Positions 25,700-32,000 of a DNA stretch of 32,000 nt are shown one piece after another. The notes beneath the pieces were generated by a model. The model was not told the DNA's origin and did no database searches. It saw only the letters and a list, made by a program, of their open reading frames with translations. Source of the DNA: Candidatus Saccharimonas sp. (GTDB lineage Bacteria; Patescibacteriota; Saccharimonadia; Saccharimonadales; Saccharimonadaceae); assembly GCA_015256915.3 (NCBI GenBank), contig CP076101.2, positions 210,001 to 242,000 of the forward strand, given 5' to 3'. Position numbers and translations under genes: made by a program. Positions within the stretch are counted from its first letter, which is position 1, and the number at the start of each line of letters is the position of its first letter.

Positions 25700-26593
25700 T
25701 TATTTACTATAGAATATTTTTGAAATTTTAAGCCATTCTTCTATTTTAAGGTCTTGTGCTCGCAAATCTGGCGAAATCTCGCATTTTTCTAAAATTTCAG
25801 TTGTTCGCTCTTTCGAAATTGCAAGATTAGCACTCAAACTTTTGGCAATTTTTTTGCGTTTTGCGGCAAAGCCAGCTTTTACAATTCGAAAAAATTCCCT
25901 TTCAGAAATTTTACAATTATTTTTCGAATTAAAAATTTCAATCAGATTTTGTTCGCGACTTTTCAAAACTACCACTTGCGAATCCACTTTTGGCGGCGGT
26001 GTAAATAACTCTCGTGGTACAAATTGGCCAAGTTCGCAATTCGCATAGATCTGTGAGGCGATTGATAAAACACTTAAATCGCCAGATTTCGCACAAATTC
26101 TCTCAGCAACTTCTTTTTGTACCAAAAGTGCGGCAATACTTGGTTTATTATCGCTAGTAAGTAATTTTTCAACAATTTTTGAAGTAATATAATACGGTAC
26201 GTTTGCGGCAACTTTATAATTTTTTGGCAATTTTGAAAGATCGAAATCCAAAAAATCCGTATTTTTTACGGTTAAATTTTTCCCTGGGAATTGCGCTGGT
26301 AGTTTTTTTGCCAAATTTTCATCAAACTCGATTGAGAGAACTTCACCATCTTTACCTGCAAATTTTAAAAGTGAAGAAGTTAAAGTTCCGAGCCCAGGGC
26401 CGATTTCAAGTACAAAATCACCATTTTTAATTTCAGCTTCTTCTGCAATCCCATCTAGAACAATCCTATCTCGCAACCAGTGCTGACCAAGTGATTTATT
26501 ATTTTTTAAGTTTAAATTTTCGCTATTTTTAGCTTTTTTCGAAAACTTTTTACCAGATTTTTGATTAAATTTCAAATTTGCCACTAATACCAA
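25700..26593 (-). CDS. rsmA: 16S rRNA (adenine1518/1519-N6)-dimethyltransferase RsmA/KsgA
   Basis: LGQHWL, SAM motif VLEIGPGLGTLT, and NVPYYITS. It has a basic N-terminal extension of roughly 35 aa. The start is uncertain (TTG 26593 or GTG 26584) and overlaps the upstream gene. Confidence 0.9.
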   Translation of the reverse strand: MVLVANLKFNQKSGKKFSKKAKNSENLNLKNNKSLGQHWLRDRIVLDGIAEEAEIKNGDFVLEIGPGLGTLTSSLLKFAGKDGEVLSIEFDENLAKKLPAQFPGKNLTVKNTDFLDFDLSKLPKNYKVAANVPYYITSKIVEKLLTSDNKPSIAALLVQKEVAERICAKSGDLSVLSIASQIYANCELGQFVPRELFTPPPKVDSQVVVLKSREQNLIEIFNSKNNCKISEREFFRIVKAGFAAKRKKIAKSLSANLAISKERTTEILEKCEISPDLRAQDLKIEEWLKISKIFYSK

Positions 26594-27777
26594 CCCTTTG
26601 CTTTTTTATGGGCGTAAGCATTTTGCCAGCTTCCATAGCGACCAAGCACATAAGAATTCATCCACTTAAGCTGCGTAATTGGGTTTGTTTGCCAGTCAGC
26701 TCCGGCTGAAGCCATTTTCGAACCAGGTAAAGCTTGCGGAATGCCATAAGCTCCGCTTGATCTGTTTGTTGCGTTAACTCGCCAACCAGATTCTTGACCG
26801 ATAATTGCATTTGCAATTCCGTGGTCGCTTGAAGAAATTCCTGCGGCACTCAACCAATCACTGTGCGAGCCAGCTGGTAAGTTCACTTTTGTGCCGATAA
26901 TCTCAACTTGTTTTTTAGCCGGTTTAATTTCTGTCTCATTAATTTTTTTGCGTGAAACTTCTTTTCCATTTTGCATTTCAATTTCATAAGTTACGCTTTT
27001 CGAGCCTTTTTCTCCAGCTTCTTTTATTTCTTTGTAGCTAGAATCTTTATTCGCATCTTTAATTATTTCGGTTGAGAAAGCAACTTCTTCTTCGGTTGTA
27101 ATTGTTTGCTTACCGTTTCGCCAAATTCGAAAACTCAAACCATTCGAAATTACGGTTTTTTTATCAATTGAAATTCCGTCATCTTTTGTGAGCGATATAC
27201 TCTTTTCTTTTAAGAAATCTTCTACGGTTTTGCTCTGTGTTCGAAAACTTTCGATTTTGCCAAAAAGTTCAACCGAAATCTCTTTTGCTCGTGTAATTTT
27301 TAATGAGTTTGTTGTTCCATCTTCAAGAATGCTGCTGGATTGTTCGAAGGCAACTTTATCTTCATCATGAATTTTAATTCCAGATTTTTGAACAATCTGC
27401 CGTGAGGTTTGTGCGGCGGTCATTACTTTTATTTTTGAATCACCATCTTCAATGATTACTGGTTTTGCGCGATAAATATTTACGCTATATTCCGCGCCTG
27501 TTAGTTCGCCATCAAGGCTTGGCTCAACTGTATCATCTTTCGAAAAACTAATTTTTTGCGCATTTAATGCTTCTCGAACTGTTTTCGCATTAGTTTTAAA
27601 AGAAAATTTTTGGCCATTTTCGAAAACAGTTAAAATTTTGTTTCCCTCGCCGCTGGCTTTGGCGGAATTTCGCCCAGCAACTGCAAAAATGTTTAATAAA
27701 AGTAAAAATCCAAGCGAAGCAAATCCCGCGATTAGAAGTTGTTTTTTATAAAAATAAATTGGTTGTAAAACTCGCAT
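26584..27777 (-). CDS. YabE-like cell-wall protein: TM anchor, DUF348 repeats, G5 domain, C-terminal transglycosylase-like domain
   Basis: Repeated segments of about 50 aa (TVREALNAQKISFSKDD, TSRQIVQKSGIKIHDED, TVEDFLKEKSISLTKDD), then a G5-like segment, then IIGQESGWRVNATNRSSGAYGIPQALP (IsaA/SceD-like). ATG 27777 is supported by the promoter at 27788-27816. Confidence 0.75.
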   Translation of the reverse strand: MRVLQPIYFYKKQLLIAGFASLGFLLLLNIFAVAGRNSAKASGEGNKILTVFENGQKFSFKTNAKTVREALNAQKISFSKDDTVEPSLDGELTGAEYSVNIYRAKPVIIEDGDSKIKVMTAAQTSRQIVQKSGIKIHDEDKVAFEQSSSILEDGTTNSLKITRAKEISVELFGKIESFRTQSKTVEDFLKEKSISLTKDDGISIDKKTVISNGLSFRIWRNGKQTITTEEEVAFSTEIIKDANKDSSYKEIKEAGEKGSKSVTYEIEMQNGKEVSRKKINETEIKPAKKQVEIIGTKVNLPAGSHSDWLSAAGISSSDHGIANAIIGQESGWRVNATNRSSGAYGIPQALPGSKMASAGADWQTNPITQLKWMNSYVLGRYGSWQNAYAHKKAKGWY

Positions 27778-27787
27778 TATTAAATCT

Positions 27788-27816
27788 ATTTTAGCAAATA
27801 AAATTCGAAAGGTCAA
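27788..27816 (-). promoter_or_regulatory. Promoter of yabE-like/rsmA, embedded in the 3' end region of pcrA
   Basis: On the - strand: TTGACC (27811-27816), 17-nt spacer, TGCTAAAAT (27788-27796), then 10 nt to ATG 27777. Confidence 0.65.
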
Positions 27817-27820
27817 ATTT

Positions 27821-29962
27821 TTAGAGCTTTTCAAGGCGTGCAAATTCAGCATTTAATTTGCGAATTTTGCCATTTTCGAACTGAATCTCAATTGCCATTC
27901 CATCGATTTCGAGCACTTTCCCTACACCGAAAGCTGGACTTTTTACGCGGTCGCCAATTTGTAATCCTGCTTCATCATAATAAAAATCATCAAAAGAAAC
28001 TTCTTGGCTAAAATCATCTTCGTAATCATCTGAAAAATTATTCCATCCGCTAAAATCTTTTTTCGGCAATTCCAGCTCAGCATCTGTAATGAATCGGCTC
28101 GGGCTTGAATAATTCCTTTGCCCAAAAACTGCTCGCGATTCGGCGTAGCTTAAAATTAATTCTTCTCTAGCGCGTGTCATTCCCACGTAGCAAAGGCGGC
28201 GTTCCTCTTCTAGATCATCTTCGCCTGCATCAAAAACTCGGCTGTGTGGAAAGATTCCTTCTTCCATTCCAGCAAGAAATACAACTGGAAATTCCAAACC
28301 TTTTGCTGAGTGAAGTGTCATTAAGTTTACTTCGTCGCCACTTTGCGCATCGCTTGAACTCATCAGTGCTGCATCCTCCAAAAAACTTGCTAAATCTGCG
28401 TAGTTTTTTGCTTCACTCACTAATGTGGAAAGATATTCACTGCGTTCGGTTGCTTCGTTTTCGGTTAGTTTTTCGTTCTTACCATAATTTGTCCGCTCTA
28501 AAATTCGTTCGATAATTTCGCTCGGGTTTGAAGAATTTTCGCTTAAAATTTGACATTCTCTAAAAATTTCACCCAAATTTTCTAAAGATTTTCGCGCCCG
28601 CGTTGCTAAAGTTGAAAGTTCGCTTGCTTGAAGTAGGCTTGAAATCAAATCTAAACCATTCGAACTTTGCCAGTCCAAGAATTTCGAAAGGCTCACCGCG
28701 CCCAAACCGCGTGCCGGTACGTTCACAATTCGCTCAAAAGCCACACGATCGAGTGGATTATAAATCACTCGCAAATAAGCTAAAATATCTTTAATTTCCT
28801 TGCGGTCATAAAAACGTGTTCCGCCAAAAATTTTATACGGAATTTGAAAACGAATCATCGCTTTTTCGAAATTATAACTTTGTGCATTTGTGCGATAAAG
28901 AATTGCAAAATCGCTAAATTTTCGTGCGCCAACAGTTTTGAAACTAAAAATCTGGCCTGCGATTTTTGCTGCTTCCTCGCTTTCATCTCGTGCACTTTGT
29001 ACTAAAACTGGCTCACCTTTGCCGAGTTCGGTAAAGAGTTTTTTATCGGTTCGGTTGTGGTTTTTTGAAATCACATTGTGTGCGGCGTTTAAGATATTTT
29101 CAGTTGAGCGATAATTTTGTTCTAATTTTATCACTTTTGCACCTTTGTAATCGCGTTCAAAATTTAAAATATTCGTAAAATCTGCCCCACGCCAAGAATA
29201 AATACTCTGCCAATCATCGCCGACCACGCAAATATTTTGATCAGTATTTACAATCATTTTAATAATTGCATATTGCGCGGCGTTAGTATCTTGATACTCG
29301 TCAATCAAAATATGCTTAAATTTATTTTGCCAAAATTCACGAACTTCTTTATTTTGTTGAAGTAGTTTTACCGTTTCGAAAAGTAAATCATCAAAATCTA
29401 AAGCGTTAGCTTTGTTTCGTTCTTCTTCATAACGCAAGAAAATTTCAGCCACTTTTTGTTCAAAACCCCAATTTGCACCATTCGAAAATTCTTCGGCCGT
29501 TAAAAGCTGGTTTTTAGCGTTCGAAATTGCGCTTGAAACACTTTGTGGCTTTAAGCTTTTTTCATCGATTTTCAGATCTTTCATTATTTTTTTAATTAAA
29601 TTCCGGCGGTCGTCTTCGTCATAAATTACGAAATTATTTGCAACGCCAATCGCCTCGCCTTTGAGCCGCAAAATCTTCACACAAATTCCATGAAAAGTTC
29701 CCATCCAAGGCATAAAAAAACGGTCATTCGCATCACGTTCGAGTAATTCAGCTAGGCGCTCTCGCATTTCACGTGCGGCTTTGTTAGTAAAAGTTACCGC
29801 CAAAATTGCCTCGCTCGGTGTTCCGTGCGCAATTATATTCGCAATTCGGTGCGTTAAGGTTTTGGTTTTTCCACTTCCCGCACCTGCCAAAATTAGCATT
29901 GGCCCACTTAATGTCTCCACCGCTTCTTTTTGGTTTTTATTTAATCCTGCCGTAATTTCCAT
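27821..29962 (-). CDS. pcrA: ATP-dependent DNA helicase PcrA/UvrD (SF1)
   Basis: LNKNQKEAV, Walker A AGAGSGKTKTL, DEYQDTN, YRS, VNLMTLHSAKGLEF, and VGMTRAREEL. Confidence 0.92.
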   Translation of the reverse strand: MEITAGLNKNQKEAVETLSGPMLILAGAGSGKTKTLTHRIANIIAHGTPSEAILAVTFTNKAAREMRERLAELLERDANDRFFMPWMGTFHGICVKILRLKGEAIGVANNFVIYDEDDRRNLIKKIMKDLKIDEKSLKPQSVSSAISNAKNQLLTAEEFSNGANWGFEQKVAEIFLRYEEERNKANALDFDDLLFETVKLLQQNKEVREFWQNKFKHILIDEYQDTNAAQYAIIKMIVNTDQNICVVGDDWQSIYSWRGADFTNILNFERDYKGAKVIKLEQNYRSTENILNAAHNVISKNHNRTDKKLFTELGKGEPVLVQSARDESEEAAKIAGQIFSFKTVGARKFSDFAILYRTNAQSYNFEKAMIRFQIPYKIFGGTRFYDRKEIKDILAYLRVIYNPLDRVAFERIVNVPARGLGAVSLSKFLDWQSSNGLDLISSLLQASELSTLATRARKSLENLGEIFRECQILSENSSNPSEIIERILERTNYGKNEKLTENEATERSEYLSTLVSEAKNYADLASFLEDAALMSSSDAQSGDEVNLMTLHSAKGLEFPVVFLAGMEEGIFPHSRVFDAGEDDLEEERRLCYVGMTRAREELILSYAESRAVFGQRNYSSPSRFITDAELELPKKDFSGWNNFSDDYEDDFSQEVSFDDFYYDEAGLQIGDRVKSPAFGVGKVLEIDGMAIEIQFENGKIRKLNAEFARLEKL

Positions 29963-29968
29963 TTTTTG

Positions 29969-29997
29969 ATTATAGCAAATTTTCTTTTAAATTTCCA
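29969..29997 (-). promoter_or_regulatory. Promoter of pcrA, start codon 6 nt after the -10
   Basis: On the - strand: TGGAAA (29992-29997), 17-nt spacer, TGCTATAAT (29969-29977), then 6 nt to ATG 29962. No SD. Confidence 0.5.
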
Positions 29998-30012
29998 TTT
30001 TTTTCGAAAATA

Positions 30013-30021
30013 TGCTAAAAT
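30013..30021 (+). promoter_or_regulatory. Extended -10 TGCTAAAAT, 6 nt upstream of ATG 30028
   Basis: TGnTAAAAT at 30013-30021. The -35 is poor and there is no SD. It is divergent from the pcrA promoter within a 65-bp spacer. Confidence 0.45.
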
Positions 30022-30027
30022 ATCTTT

Positions 30028-30516
30028 ATGAAAAATCACGCTTATTCTGATAAAAATCTTGAAGAATTTTTGCAAAAACATTTTGGTGTTAATTTTGGAA
30101 TTGAAGAAGTTATTTTGCGTAATCTTTCGGTTGGATATTCAGCCGAAGCTACAATTTTCAAAAGCAAAAAAGGTCGTGTTTATGCTTTTATTTCGCTTGA
30201 AGCTCGTGCAACTTTGGGCGATATTCAATATATTCTTTCAAAAATGAACTTAAAACCAGCTTTTTTCTTTCCGCCAAGCGGTTTCGAAAACTATTTTTAT
30301 GACCGTGCTAAGGTGCAATTCTTAGAAGTATTTCCGGGGCGCCACGATGTAAAAGATGAAGAGCTGCGATATTACAAAAAACGCGTGCTTTATAACCCCG
30401 CCCTTGTTGAAATTTCTGAAATTCGCGATGGTGAAATTCGCTGTTTTAATGCTGATTCTATTGGTTCGTGGCGAACAGCTCAAAGGTATTCGTACAAAAA
30501 AATTTTAATGAAATAA
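30028..30516 (+). CDS. Hypothetical protein (162 aa)
   Basis: Clean ORF filling the gap between pcrA and the pilin locus. I recognise no family. Confidence 0.6.
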   Translation: MKNHAYSDKNLEEFLQKHFGVNFGIEEVILRNLSVGYSAEATIFKSKKGRVYAFISLEARATLGDIQYILSKMNLKPAFFFPPSGFENYFYDRAKVQFLEVFPGRHDVKDEELRYYKKRVLYNPALVEISEIRDGEIRCFNADSIGSWRTAQRYSYKKILMK

Positions 30517-30556
30517 ATTAAAATTGTGGAAAACTAAAAAATCCTCAAAAAAATGC

Positions 30557-30585
30557 TTGCAAAATTATTATGCTTATGTTTTAAT
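30557..30585 (+). promoter_or_regulatory. Promoter of pilin A
   Basis: TTGCAA (30557-30562), 17-nt spacer, TGTTTTAAT (30577-30585). The -10 box lies inside the inverted repeat and the -35 lies outside it. Confidence 0.55.
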
Positions 30586-30804
30586 GGTTGCATACGGACA
30601 GACCGTAAATAAAAATAACAATAATAATCGTTCATTAGAAAGGTGGATTTTCAGTATGAACTCAATTAATAAAAATAATAAAAAAGGTTTCACAATCATC
30701 GAAGTTGTGCTTGTGCTTGCCATTGCCGGACTTATCTTCTTGATGGTATTCCTAGCGCTACCTGCTCTACAACGAAGCCAACGAGATACGCAACGAAAGA
30801 ATGA
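30571..30804. repeat. Left arm of the 234-bp inverted repeat (pilin -10 box, 5' UTR, codons 1-49)
   Basis: Reverse complement of 31684-31917. My base-by-base comparison gives 231/234 identical, with mismatches at 30597, 30599 and 30602. Confidence 0.9.
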
Positions 30805-31126
30805 TGCTTCACGATTGCGCGCAGCAGTAACAGACTACACTTCAAACAACCGAGGAAAATTGCCTTGGGATGGAGCAGCTCCAAAGCCTGATTTTATTAG
30901 TAAATATATCACAACAAATAATACAACAACATTTAATGATCCTTCAACAAACTCTCAATATACAATTGCAACTGCTACTGGAGCTACAGATGCTCCAACT
31001 GCACTTGGACAAATGAAGGTTTCCAACAACGCTAAATGTGGTACAGACGGAGCTATCGTAGCTGGTAATGGAATCGCTGTTTCTGTAAAAACTGAAAATG
31101 GCGTTGCAAACTGCGTTGAAGGTTAG
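30656..31126 (+). CDS. Type IV pilin (PilA-like), paralogue A
   Basis: MNSINKNNKK-G/FTIIEVVLVLAIAGLIFLMVF is a class III signal peptide with Gly-1, Phe+1 and Glu+5. RBS GAAAGGTGGA. C-terminal Cys pair (KCGTDG...NCVEG). The ORF-track start at 30524 lies upstream of the promoter. Confidence 0.88.
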   Translation: MNSINKNNKKGFTIIEVVLVLAIAGLIFLMVFLALPALQRSQRDTQRKNDASRLRAAVTDYTSNNRGKLPWDGAAPKPDFISKYITTNNTTTFNDPSTNSQYTIATATGATDAPTALGQMKVSNNAKCGTDGAIVAGNGIAVSVKTENGVANCVEG

Positions 31127-31147
31127 TATTTAATCTATAAAACTTAA

Positions 31148-31181
31148 TTAAATAACTCTCTTCGGGGAGTTATTTAATTTT
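31148..31181 (+). terminator. Intrinsic terminator of pilin A
   Basis: TTAAATAACTC (31148-31158) pairs with GAGTTATTTAA (31167-31177). Two further pairs close a TTCG tetraloop, and TTTT follows. Confidence 0.75.
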
Positions 31182-31257
31182 GCGAAAGTATTCTATTGGC
31201 TTAATAGTAAGTTTGTTTTAGCACTATTGGATGCTGAGAAGTATTTTACACCACAAT

Positions 31258-31294
31258 AAAAAAACGGCTTCCTTAACGAAAAGCTGTTTTTTTT
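31258..31294 (-). terminator. Bidirectional A7-hairpin-T8 terminator downstream of pilin B
   Basis: ACGGCTT (31264-31270) pairs with AAGCTGT (31281-31287), flanked by an A-run and a T-run. One position is G-U on the + strand and A:C on the - strand. Confidence 0.5.
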
Positions 31295-31307
31295 ATTAAG
31301 ATTATAT

Positions 31308-31832
31308 CTAGTTATTTACGCAGTAGGATCCACCAGCTTCTAGAATTATTCGAAGGGCTACTTTACCATTGCTTCCTTCTTCTATTCTTACTCCATTTGG
31401 CTGTGATGGATCACATATTCCATTTGCTGACCATTCAATAGCTATAACTTCTGCATAGTCATCATATTCCATTTTTTGTGGAGTTCTGTCGAACACTGCA
31501 TAGTTTCGTCCGCTTGGATCCTTCATCTCCTCGCCATCTTTGAATAAATAATTTTTTATAAATCCTGTTGCACCACTATCTTTATTTGGGAAATCTCCTA
31601 AAGTTCTTTCTCCGTGATTAGATGGTAACTTTCCTTTATTAGCGGCTCTATATTCATTTACTGCTGCTAGTATTTTACTTAGGTCATTCTTTCGTTGCGT
31701 ATCTCGTTGGCTTCGTTGTAGAGCAGGTAGCGCTAGGAATACCATCAAGAAGATAAGTCCGGCAATGGCAAGCACAAGCACAACTTCGATGATTGTGAAA
31801 CCTTTTTTATTATTTTTATTAATTGAGTTCAT
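31308..31832 (-). CDS. Type IV pilin (PilA-like), paralogue B
   Basis: The first 50 aa are identical to paralogue A, and the C-terminal domain is unrelated, with a Cys pair (GICDPS...SYCVNN). Confidence 0.9.
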   Translation of the reverse strand: MNSINKNNKKGFTIIEVVLVLAIAGLIFLMVFLALPALQRSQRDTQRKNDLSKILAAVNEYRAANKGKLPSNHGERTLGDFPNKDSGATGFIKNYLFKDGEEMKDPSGRNYAVFDRTPQKMEYDDYAEVIAIEWSANGICDPSQPNGVRIEEGSNGKVALRIILEAGGSYCVNN

Positions 31833-31917
31833 ACTGAAAATCCACCTTTCTAATGAACGATTATTATTGTTATTTTTATTTACGGCCTATACGTATGCAA
31901 CCATTAAAACATAAGCA
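31684..31917. repeat. Right arm of the 234-bp inverted repeat
   Basis: Reverse complement of 30571-30804. Confidence 0.9.
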
Positions 31918-31931
31918 AGATAAAAAATCAA
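31903..31931 (-). promoter_or_regulatory. Promoter of pilin B
   Basis: On the - strand: TTGATT (31926-31931), 17-nt spacer, TGTTTTAAT (31903-31911). The -35 lies outside the repeat and differs from that of pilin A. Confidence 0.55.
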
Positions 31932-32000
31932 TATCTTTAAATATTTTATTGATTTTTAATTTCTAGAATAATTAAGTTTTCAATATGTGGCGTTCGTGGA

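Noticed and set aside
30630-30661. A hairpin pairing GTTCAT (30630-30635) with the pilin start codon ATGAAC (30656-30661), with the SD in the loop, as a translational switch.
   Set aside because: The stem is only 6 bp with two G-C pairs and a 20-nt loop. The two copies are identical, so there is no covariation evidence, and the third pilin lacks it.

Overview
This is an AT-rich (about one-third GC by eye), tightly packed bacterial chromosome segment that reads cleanly with the standard genetic code.

**Layout**
- Left edge, + strand: the end of a dcw cluster (ftsW partial, murG, ftsQ-like).
- 3031-3835: an unusually long AT-rich spacer carrying one small, strongly promoted ORF.
- 3.8-30 kb: almost every gene is on the - strand.
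  - DUF3048 protein, YjeF_C-like protein, xth, smpB.
  - An OmpR-type two-component system next to a permease-ATPase-permease MacB/FtsX-type ABC transporter.
  - pth, der, a MATE-like membrane protein, one lone + strand orphan, and an rsuA/rluB-type pseudouridine synthase.
  - A cytoplasmic PAS histidine kinase and a receiver-only response regulator, each with a Q/P/N-rich tail of roughly 200-250 aa.
  - A GNAT fusion protein, a 41-aa basic ORF missing from the ORF track, and a 224-aa orphan.
  - tatD, metG, a frameshifted type IV pilin, rsmA/ksgA, a YabE-like DUF348/G5/transglycosylase protein, and pcrA.
- Right edge: an orphan gene and two convergent type IV pilin genes.

I saw no rRNA, tRNA, CRISPR array, transposase, integrase or phage genes.

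Gram-positive-type envelope genes, several pilins and tiny spacers fit a reduced low-GC Gram-positive-like lineage, possibly Patescibacteria/Saccharibacteria. That is a guess and cannot be verified from this window.

**Most notable observations**
1. The palindrome TTCGAA is roughly ten-fold over-represented. It occurs in all frames and in spacers, with holes over the pilin loci and the AT-rich island.
2. A 234-bp near-perfect inverted repeat covers the -10 box, 5' UTR and first 49 codons of two convergent pilin genes, bracketing their variable domains.
3. A third pilin is split by a frameshift in an A6 run.
4. A histidine kinase/response regulator pair carries matching low-complexity tails.
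5. Extended -10 promoters sit 6-10 nt from start codons, implying leaderless mRNAs.

All counts and alignments were done by eye and need computational confirmation.
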